A DNA stretch of 64,000 nt from Antedon mediterranea (Eukaryota; Animalia; Echinodermata). This document shows positions 1 to 11,307 of the stretch, in pieces. The stretch's first letter is position 1. Every line of letters starts with the position of its first letter. The notes beneath the pieces were generated by a model. The model was given only the letters and a program-made list of their open reading frames with translations, made no database searches and was not told the DNA's origin. The position numbers and the translations under genes are program-made. The DNA lies in the NCBI RefSeq assembly GCF_964355755.1, contig NC_092675.1, forward strand, positions 29,856,912 to 29,920,911. Direction: 5' to 3'.

Positions 1-401
1 GTCCGGCTTACCGATAATCCTTCATAAAAAAAAGGTAAGCGAGATGGCTAATTTGGGCCGCATACAGTATGTTGATATTAAGTACCGGTAGGCTTATAAT
101 AATTAGCCCTTCTGTCTATTGTCATTGAGTACCCCATCCCACTGCGAACTACTAATGTCGATTATTCAGGCTATTTTGTTCTCGTGTCTCCTGGTCTATA
201 TATCAGCATTATTGTAAAGACACCCAGTTGGAGCTCAGCTAATTCACCGGTTTTTAGTGGTAGTACTTGTTTCACTGTCCCCTTCCTACTGTGAGTGTTG
301 ATTATCTATACAAGCACTTGTTTTTAGTGATTCTATTCTAATTCGACCTAATTTCGAATGTCCATTTTCGATTATCCAATAATTGTCCACTTGCTCTATA
401 C

Positions 402-2186
402 ATCTCTGTCTACACTATTACACTTTATGTGCCAAAAAATGTGATGTGGCCATATATGGACATGGTGATGTCATATCTTACTTGAATCTTACTTGAATCT
501 TTGGGCTCATGATTAAGGCAAATGCCTTTTAAACGCCCTCCATTTCTTCTGTATTTATCTAGAATTGGTAGCAAAATTTATCTTTAGCTCTGTCTTTGTT
601 TAGTTGATCCTTGAATGCATTTATTTTTTCTGCTTGTACTGTAGTGTGGTATAGATTGTTCCATGTGTTGACGATTCTACTTGAAAAGGAGTGGCTTCTG
701 ATTTTCAGTCGGGCTCTTGGCTTTCTTAATTTGAATTGATGGCCCCTTGTTCTACTGTCCTCTCTAAAGTCAAAAAAGGTTTCGGCTTCAATATCATCCA
801 AGCCCTTGATAAATTTAAACACTTGTATAATGTCCGCTCTCCTTCTTCTGTAATTCAGTGTAGGTAATCCAAGCTCTTTTAATCTCTGATCGTAAGATTT
901 ATCTCTTAACTTTTTGACAATTTTAGTGGCCCTACGCTGCACTCTTTCAAGCTTATCCAAATCACCTTTTAGGTTTTAGGAGAGGGTACCATATACAGCT
1001 TGCGTATTCCAGATGAGGTCGAATTATACTTTTATAAAGGGGCAGGAACATATCCTTATCCATGTAATCAAAAGATCGCCTTACCAATCCAATGAGTCTA
1101 TTTGCTTTATTTACAGCTTCATTCGTTTGTAGTGAAAATTTTAAAGACTGATCAAAAGTAACTCCAAGGTCCTTTTCAGTATTGGCATTTGGCAGATCCT
1201 CGTCACCTTTCTCTGTTGGCATAGTGAATTGCATTTGTGGATTTGAATTTCCATAATGTATTACTTTACATTTATTGATGTTGAATTTCAGCTGCCATCT
1301 TTTAGACCAATCGGATAATGCCTTGAGATCATTTTGAACAGTATCATTTCTGTTTTCATGCACAACATTAAACATCTTAGTGTCATCTGCAAACATCCAT
1401 ACTTTAGATTTAACTGCATCAGGTAGGACGTTTATGAAAATTATATATAGATAAAGGGCCTAACACGCTGCCTTGAGGGACTCCGCTTTTAACCGTAGAC
1501 CATTCAGAAAATGCTGCGGCCACTCTAACTCTTTGTCTCCTCCCTGTCAAAAATTGATGTATCCATCTCAGTAGGTTTCCTTTTATTCCGTACGCTTCCA
1601 ATTTTGTTATTAATCTCTGGTGGGGGATAGAATCGAACGCCTTACTGAAATCCAAATATACAGCATCAAAGTTTTCCTCTGCATCCAGCAATTTCGTCCA
1701 TTCTTCAATCACCTCCAGCAGCAATTGTGTGACGCAAGATCTACCTTTCCGAAACCCATGCTGTGCTTTTATAATAAGGTTTCTATCATTTAGAAACTGT
1801 ATAATTTTGTCTCTCACAATTGATTCCAAAAGTTTGCATACGACAGCTTACTGGCCTGTAGTTTCCAACTTCCGTCTTGTCCCCTTTCTTAAAAATTTGT
1901 ACTACATTTGCACATTTCCAGCACTCCGGTAACTGTCCAGTCGATAGTGATTTGTTGTATATTGGCGTCAATGGAGTTGCAACAATTTCTTTAAGTTCCT
2001 TCAGTACTCTTGGATGCACGTCATCTGGTCCAGCTGATTTATTTGAGTTCATCTGCTGAAGGCATGTAAGCACTTCCTCCTTTGTCACTTCAATTGACTC
2101 CAAATGGTCATCCATATCACTACCATAATTATTTGGGCACATCGCACTTTTTTTTGTCAAACAAGTTTGATAGTGTAGACAGAGCT
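402..2186. mobile_element. MITE family A copy split by the CR1 insertion (402-477 + 2113-2186)
   Basis: Left half CTCTGTCTACACTAT...GATGTCATATC and right half CATATCACTACCAT...TTTGATAGTGTAGACAGAGCT join into the same ~155-bp element seen intact elsewhere in the window. Confidence 0.85.
478..2112 (-). mobile_element. 5'-truncated, frameshifted CR1-clade LINE (RT domain and C-terminus) inserted into a MITE
   Basis: Overlapping ORF pieces encode YLDFSKAFD, SGVPQGSVLGP, FADDTK, EKDLGV, IRPHLEY and LERVQRRATK. A short tandem 3' tail (ATCTTACTTGA repeats) lies at 475-500. Apparent 6-bp TSD CATATC at 472-477 and 2113-2118. Confidence 0.93.
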
Positions 2187-2848
2187 TAAGAAACAACCAA
2201 CCCAAATCTTGTAGCCTTTTTCATTAATATAAATGCAGAGTTAGTTTACCTTTTCAATGTTTTGTTGTTCAAAGATATTTGATGTGTGGGTGTGTGATGA
2301 AGGCCTCATGATCAGATCAACAAATCTTATTTCGTCATGATCATAATCAGGTCATCAACTGCTGAATGTATTCTTCTGAAGCTTGCGGAGAGCTGAGACG
2401 ACAATTCTTGATGTCGTCTCTCCGCCTTTTTTTGTCTTCTATCCTGTTGATATATACCTATAATATAATCATCATAATACTATAATAATTTTAAAAATGA
2501 TTTGAATTAAACTCTAGGCCTATACCAGAATAGCAACACAAACTACACTAGACAACAAATTAATCGTTATATTATATAAAATGTGATTGTAGGGTAACTA
2601 AAACTTTTTGCCCTGATAGGAGGCGCTATTACAAAAAACGATTCACCAATTTAGCATATCTCTAGCTCAACTAAACATAATTATATTATTTAATATATAG
2701 GCCTAGATAGTTATATAGGCATGGTTTTCCTGAAACACTAATAATTATATCAATAATATCAATTTTCAGGTTTAGAAATTTTAAACTGGCCAGTGTAATT
2801 CAAAGAATTTGATACGCATGCTATGTTTTTAGTTGAGACGCTAGAAAA

Positions 2849-2894
2849 GGGAATTTCCCTTTTCTACCTGTCACAGTAAACATTGACACGTGAC
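2849..2894. promoter_or_regulatory. Candidate proximal promoter motifs of ceramidase 1: kappaB site and CLEAR/USF-like E-box
   Basis: GGGAATTTCCC at 2849-2859 and GACACGTGAC at 2885-2894, within ~100 bp of the ATG. Motif match only. Confidence 0.35.
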
Positions 2895-2950
2895 GATTTC
2901 ACCTGCGTGAGTGGTGAGCCTGTGGTGTTAATTCGTATCACGCCATCAAA

Positions 2951-5900
2951 ATGGGGACTTACTATTTGAAATCGACATTAATTTTAGTAATTATAAGCTT
3001 ATTTAAGAGTAGTATTGGACAGAACAATCAATATAAAGTAGGTGTTGGAATTAGTGATGTCACTGGACCAGCATCTGATGTGAACATGGTATGTATAAGT
3101 AATGGCCTATATTATCGCATTAGGCCTATTATGTATGAATTCTTTAGAAGTGTAGGCCTACTCACTGTTCATGGTTGGTTTCCATTGGTTTATAGTAGTA
3201 GCATATATAATAGGCCAATGCTATGGTAGTCAGTATTTATGTTTAGGTTTACGATGATATCAACGACTTTAATAAATAGTTGCAAGGTCTGCTTTTACTA
3301 GTAAGGAAACTTTTGGACTTTTTTTAATAACTATTTTCATATTTATGGGTCATCATGGGAAGGGGAAACTATGGGCTGAGAGAATGGGTGTGTGGGGGGG
3401 GGGGGGGGGGGCGATGATGTTGCCTATGGCCCAATGGACAGGGAAAATAAGTGTAAATGTACCAAGTCCAAGTTCATCGACAGATTGCCTATTATTTATT
3501 AACCTGTAGATAAGAATTTGAACAAATCCAGTGTATTTTTAGTGATAATGGCCAATGATGCTCAATTGCACTGTGTTAGTTAACTTAACGCTCTTATCAC
3601 AATAGCATAATTAGCCATCATACTTTTTATCTTTTTATTTGTTTAAAAATTATCATGTCATCTTTGTTGATATTTGTTTAAACGGTTTCATTTCTTATCA
3701 TTTTATTGGCCTCTTGATAAAATTAGGTTATTAAGGAGATGATAACATCATTTTGCACAGAGTCATTAGAAGATAATGTTAATGATAATGACGTGGGTCA
3801 GTATAATACAATTGACAACAATAGAAGCACTGCAGACACATCATTAAGTTTATCAACTAAAGCATTTATAAGCAAAGAAAAACTATCTAGTCATAAATAA
3901 ATATCAGGGCTTATTTGATTGTGCAAATAGAGTTGCCACTAAAAAAACTTCTAAAGCACTTTGTTGAACTTTATTTTCATACAATGTTTTTTTTTTCATT
4001 TATAAAGAGAATACTTTAAAGTACTAATACTTAGTACCTAGTTATATAAAAGTATTTGAACATATTTTGAATCTCTGGTTCAATAATTTATTAGCTTTTA
4101 TTTTATTTATTTTTTAAAATGTTATATCTTTACTTAGGTAATGTGGCCAAGGATTACCAATAGTAAATTAATCACTGTCCTATCAGCAGATAGGTGGTAA
4201 TCCCTCTGATTGTTTGATCTTCTTAAAAACATTAAATGAACCATTTTTCATTGGTTAATTTCAGATGGGATACGCTAACCCTGTCCAGGTAACGGGAGGA
4301 ATCCATCTCCGTCTTTTCAGCCGTGCCTTCATCTTCTGTCAGGATAAGTGTAATGTTTTTGTCAGTGTCGACTTGGGTATGTGCTCTCAGCTCGTAAATG
4401 ATCAGGTTAACATTTTACATTACTATTCAGATATCATTGACTTTGACTAAATCTCTGTCTACACGATCAAACTTGATGTGACAAAAAAATGTGATATGCC
4501 CATATATGGACATGATGATGTCATATTACTACCATATTTGGGCATATCACTACCATATTTTGACACATCACACTTTATTTCTTAAACTACTTTGATGGTG
4601 TAGACAGGGCTTTAGACTACATTTTCTTTAAACCTTGCTACTGTAAATTAAACTCAGCTATTTAAAAACTGTACATTTGTCCAGCTGCACGTATTTATAC
4701 CAATAAAAGGTTGATACCTAGAAGACTAAAAACAGGGAAAAAAAGAGTTGCTGATATCAGAGAAGAGTCACTTTTACCCTGCTGATACTCAAAGGATACT
4801 GTTTTGTGTCGCATGTCCTTATAGCTCTGTCTACACTATCAAAGTAGTTTGACAATAAAAGTGTGATGCGTCCAAATATGGTAGTGATGTTCCCGAATAT
4901 GGTATATGACATCATCAGGTCCATATATGGGCATCACATTTTTTTGTCACATGACGTTTGATAGTGTAGACAGAACTTTAACTTTCAATGTGAAAATGTA
5001 ACCACTGTTAATTTTGCTCTTATCAATTAAAGGTTTTCAAAAAACTTATTGAAGAAGGTCTTGGTCAGTATAATGTGAGCAACACAGTAATAAGTGGCAC
5101 ACACACGCATTCTGGACCGGGAGGCTATCATCAATATCTGCTTTTCACTTTAACCTCTCTTGGAAATGTTGATGCTAACACAAATATCTTAGTGGATGGT
5201 ATTGTAGAGGTAAGATATATAAATATTACTAAACTACTTTGTGTCTTATTTGGAATGATGTGTTTCTATAGTTAATACCATTACTGTTTATTTTCAGAGT
5301 ATTAAAAATGCACATAACAAACTTGATTTTGGCACATTGATGATGAATGAAGGAGAGTTACTTAACAGCAATATCAATCGTAGTCCAGCTGCTTACTTGA
5401 ATAATTCAGAAGAAGAGAGAAACAAGTAAATTAAATAACAACTTATTGTAATATAATAGTACAGTAATATATTTGTTGAAACACCATCTATTTAGCTTTT
5501 TACTATGTATAACCTTTCATGGTCATTGCCACACGCCAAGTCACAATATTGTTTCAAATCTATCCTCGACCATAGTTCTTTGGTCAAAAATGTCTTCTTG
5601 AATAATAACTTAAAAACAGAGGCTCAGTGTACACATAAGGCTCATGTGCACTCAAAAGAACATGACATCGTTTTGATGGTTACACATTCTGGTTCAAGTA
5701 CAGCCCCTATTGATGTAGTTATGGGGCTTGCTGTTTCTTGCAGTGCACCCAATCCCAGTATGGGAGCTACAAATGTTTAGTTGCATTTTAATTTCTGCTG
5801 GGCAAAATGTTACAAATGATCATTCGGCCTCCGAAACACGAGGGTTAAAATATAGTGTAGGCATCAAGATATTTCAAGAAAATATATTTAATTGTGGTAA

Positions 5901-8900
5901 TCATTAATGTTTTAAAATCATTGTACAGATATGCATATGATGTAGATAAAGAGATGTTTTTAATGAAGGTGATTGGTCAAAATAACTCAGATATTGGAAG
6001 TATTAAGTAAGTGCTAAATGTCAAATTTGACATATTTACTAAGTGGTCTGTTTTGATAGTATTTAATGCATTAAAAAAAATATGGTTTGTAGGCTATTAT
6101 TAATACAATGTAAACTCAAATACAGAAGAACCTCACTTTTTAGACATCTCTATTCAGGTGACACTTTCCTACAAAATGAATGAACAGATAATGCTTTACT
6201 TTGCCAAGACCCTATTCAGAAGACACATTCCAATGAAAAATTAATAAGGTGAAATGTTTTACCACTACAGCCTAGCCTCTATTCAGATGACACCTCTATT
6301 AAAGGGACATTTTGTTGGGTACTAAAGGTGTTCTACAGTACCTTTAATTAATTTATAAAGATTTCACAAAGGTTCAAACACTTAAAACTAATGTGTGATT
6401 CTCACTAGAGATGCAATACAAGGACGCACCTGCAATGCAAGCAAGTTGACCAATGACAAGCCACTGTTCAAATAATCCATCGCTTGTGATTGGTCAAATC
6501 ACTTACATTGCGTTACATCCTTACGTTGCATCACTAGTGGGAACCAAGCTTTTACAGACATGAAGAGCTGCTAAATCTTCTATCATTTTCAATTTAGTTG
6601 GTTTGCAGTACATCCTGTCAGTATGAATAGTTCAAATCGTTTGATAAGTGGAGATAATAAAGGATATGCAGCATACCTGATGGAAAAACAATTCAATGTG
6701 GATGCTCTCCCAGGCAAGGTAGAGCAGTATTGTTTCTTTGCTCTATGTTTAAAATAAATCTCTTAAACTATTGTAATAATTGATGGAGTCTCTTCATCTT
6801 GTTAACAATTATTAGTTGGCTACCAATCCAAGGGTGCTGGGTTCAAGTCCTGTCATATGTCAGGATTTTTTGCAACTCCACTCCTAAAGACTTGTAATAA
6901 TAAGTATTTGTTTATGTTGAGCATGTTGTGTATATGTTTGTCTTGTGAACGCGATTGTCACCTTTGAGAAGGATAGTGAATGAATTCACTTGTGGTTATC
7001 CTCGGAAATTTGCTTAAATGAGAATTAAAAAAAAAATAAAAAATTAATAAGTTAAATTATTGAGAATAGAGAACTTGATTGGAAATTGTAGATAGGGTCT
7101 TAGGTTTCACTTTTGGCAGGTTTTATGTAATACAGTGCAACGTTATTTGTTACCATATGTATAATAGAAAATAAAGATTGATTAATAATTAATATTCATT
7201 TTAGGGTGAATTTGTGGCTGCTTTTAGCAGTAGTAACCTTGGCGATGTATCACCTAACATCAATGGCTCATTTTGCATTGACACAGGGGAGAAATGTGAC
7301 CTTGTCACCAGTACATGCAATGGCAAGGTAAGGGGACATTTTGCATTGACACAAGAGAAGAAATGGACATTTTTAATATTGCTACTTTGATCTTATTTTC
7401 TCTGTTTTTCTTATATCAACACTTAGTTTTATTTTAATTCAATAAAAGGTTCAAATGTGCAAAGGGGCTGGACCCACCAAAAATATGTTTGAGAACACAG
7501 AAATTATTGGTAGACGCCAGTATAACAAAGCAATGGTAAGTTATGAAATTCATAATTTTATATTTCAAAATTCAACTAATAATTGACTGACTGACATTTA
7601 ATTTATTACAAATACAGTGAATCATATTTAAAAAAAAATAAAATAAATGAAAAATAATATATAATATAATATGTAAGAAAACATGTGAATGTGTTTATTT
7701 TGTTTCAAAGGAATTGTATGATGCAGCAAACATGAGCATTAGTGGACCTGTGGATTTTATTCACCAGTATGTCGATATGTCTAACTATATTGTTCCTTTA
7801 GAAAACAATGTTACAGTAAGTATTTACCATCTAATTCAATTCATAATTAATTTAATTAATGACGTAACGTTACGGTGAGTTGCGTTAAATTTTCCAATCA
7901 TTTAAAGTTGAAAATAAATAACGATAATCAAGCCGAACAGCTAATATTTACACATTTTTACGCAATCGTTCATGGTTTTGTTGGTTCTTTCATGCGTTGC
8001 TAGGACTCTTGGACGTGAGGTGATGCAAACTAAAGGTCAGCCACATACAGTTGTGAGCAATCACTGTAGGTCTAACTAAGACCCCATCTTTAAGCTCATT
8101 TTAACTATATTATTATTGTTGAAAAAGAAATATATAAAACACCTTATACCCTTCTTCTTTATCCAATCACATACTGCTATTGTCTAACCTAATCACACAT
8201 GGATGCTTAAACATTGGTTTCAGCAGAATCTAACTGCATGCGCCCTGCGACTTAGTTACATGCTTGATTTAAGTAATTAACGTTTAATTAAGCATCCTCT
8301 CTTAATTCATCTAGTGATTTCTTTTCGTTGGTATTATTTCTATATTTGATTTAGAGCTCTATTGTTTATTGCTTGATTTAATGAAATTATGATTAATTAT
8401 ATTACTGATTGGATTATGACATGAATAAAATATGATTTAATCATGATAATAATATTCGGAAAACAATGTTAATTGTTCAAAATAAAAGCAAGGAAGTTTT
8501 ACAATGTATTTCATTTCTTATAATGAACATTCTATTGTTTCAGATGTTAATTTAACTTTGTATGGAATTAAATTTATTTGATTAGAAAAAAAAGTTGAAC
8601 AGTTTCTAAAATTTACCACTATTCTTATGAAAAAATTAATGATTTTAAGTATTATCAGGAAAAAGGATTTCTTTAATTTGCAAAATCAACTATTAATTAG
8701 TGATATAATTTCTATAATTAACTTCTGTAATAAACAAATGTATTGAGATGATTCAACCATCTAACGTTTCTAGATTACAGTGTAAAGATACAGTGTTCTT
8801 TGCAAATTGTAAACTTTCTCTTCTTAAGTAGCTTCAAGTTTCTGACAATGAATTGTGCTCAGTGAAGCGTGGAATTAATTACCATAGACATGCTCCCTCT

Positions 8901-11273
8901 ATCCACCTTCATTTGTGTGATTGCGAGCTTGGAAGATCTTGTACAAAAGCGGCTAATTTAGTTTGTCTCGGCCATCGGTCGGCCTTTGCTGCCGCAACAA
9001 AATCCCACAGATTTAGAATGTTGAATTTTTAATGGTTTCAGACGAAGTGCTTGATTGATTAGTGCAGTGAACTTGTTATTTGTTTAAAGTGTACACCTGA
9101 TTTCGGCTAGAATTGTTTCTGATCTTGTTTAGAATAAATCTTTTATTGTCATTAATTTTTTCATAGTCAGCATGTTTTTTTATTTATTTTTATTTATCTA
9201 AAACATATTTATACAGGATAAAAACATATCGGGTATAGATGTAGCACCTGTTTTACATATGGTCCTGTTTTTAGAAAATAAAAGGGTAAACATGCTTGCT
9301 GTTTTTCCCTCAATGTCCTTAATTCATGATAATTCTTGTAATATTATAATTTTTATCTTCATCATTATTAGAATCACCATTAACATATTATATTAACATA
9401 TATGTTTTTCTGCCAAGAAAACAATTATCATTGTACTATGTATGAATGACTTAATTAACGAATCTGAACATTATTAGTAACATCGACCTAGGCATTAATA
9501 CAAAAGAACATTAGGTTTAATTGGAAACATCATTTAACAATTTGTAAGCCAGCTGTCCCTCTCCTTTTCCAAATTCTGTAAACTGACTCTCTTATTCACC
9601 AATATGTAAATCTTAAAAAAATATCATCATCAAAGCTTAAGCTCTGTCTACACTATCAAACTTTATGTGATGATGTGCCCATATATGGTAATGATGAAAT
9701 CATATCACTACCATTTTTAAGCATGTCACTACCATATTTGGGCACATCACACTTTTTTGTCAAACTAGTTTGATAGTGTGGACAGAGCTTTTAGAATATT
9801 TACAGTATTTTATGTTGTTTACTTACTTTTGTCAAACTAGTAGTGTGGACAGAGCTTAAGATGTTGTTTACTTACTTTTGTCAAACTAGTAGTGTAGACA
9901 GAGCTTAAGATGTTGTTTACTTACTTTTGTCAAACTAGTAGTGTAGACAGAGCTTAAGATGTTGTTTACTTACTTTTTTCAAACTAGTAGTGTAGACAGA
10001 GCTTAAGATGTTGTTTACTTACTTTTGTCAAACTAGTAGTGTAGACAGAGCTTAAGATGTTGTTTACTTACTTTTGTCAAACTAGTAGTGTAGACAGAGC
10101 TTAAGATGTTGTTTACTTACTTTTGTCAAACTAGTAGTGTAGACAGAGCTTAAGATGTTGTTTACTTACTTTTTTCAAACTAGTAGTGTAGACAGAGCTT
10201 AAGATGTTGTTTACTTACTTTTGTCAAACTAGTAGTGTAGACAGAGCTTAAGATGTTGTTTACTTTATTTTGTCAAACTAGTAGTGTAGACAGAGCTTAA
10301 GATGTTGTTTACTTACTTTTGTCAAACTAGTAGTGTAGACAGAGCTTAAGATGTTGTTTACTTACTTTTGTCAAACTAGTAGTGTAGACAGAGCTTTAAA
10401 ACATTAACTACTTTTTTTCTTTCTTATTCTATTTTAATGAGATACAGACGTAGATTTAAGGATATGCATTATAATCTTATAAATATACGCACTTTGTACA
10501 GAGTGAAATCAAAAGTTCCCACTAATATTTTATGTCTTGCGTTCTATTGTTATCGTCAACTATCAAATTTCACATTAAGAATTTTATTGTGTCATTGTTA
10601 TTGTTCGTCAGACAATTGAACAGGAAGACAACGGTAGTTAATGATCACGCTTTTCATCGTGAGAAACATCGGAAAAAGACGAGTAAAATACCATCAAAAT
10701 AAATCATGCTATTCTGTGATTATGACGGTGTTTTTGTTGGACCCACTGAAGCAAAATCAGGCCCATATCGGTTCAATCTCATTTAGGATTTATCTTGCCT
10801 TCGCACGTGTCGGAGTGGCCATGCTTAGGATTGTGTTCGTTGAAGCATTAGGAGTTAGGATTTTTGCTTGAGGCTTTGTTTGCTCTGCTAGTTTCAATCT
10901 AGTGTTTGTTTGCGCCGATGTTGCTACTTTCAATACCCCAATGTCTAGTTCATTGAACAGATTTCCAAAGTTTTAATAATCATGTTTAAACTAATTACAA
11001 CTTGTACGTATAGAATTTATTGTCAGGTGTATCAGGGTGTATTGACATTTATGTGTATAAATTGGTAGATTCCCGTAATTGCCAGTGGTCTCAAGTAAAA
11101 AAAAAATCATTTGAATTATTATAAATCCAAAGACAAAGTACTAAAAAATATGATAATGTTGTGGGTATCAATGAACAGATTAAATAAGAAAAAGATAATC
11201 AACACAATAAAAAAAAACAGCCAGAAATAAATTTCAGATATTTCAGGTCCTTCGTCAGTGCAAGTGAAATTGT

Positions 11274-11307
<34 letters not shown>

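Noticed and set aside
1786-2205. ORF N-terminus LCLHYQTCLTKK (similar text in ORF 32776-33144)
   Set aside because: This is translation of MITE-A sequence, not a shared protein domain.
5505-5850. ORF 5505-5780 or a piggyBac-like element ending GAGGGTTAA
   Set aside because: No recognisable domain and no clear matching left TIR.
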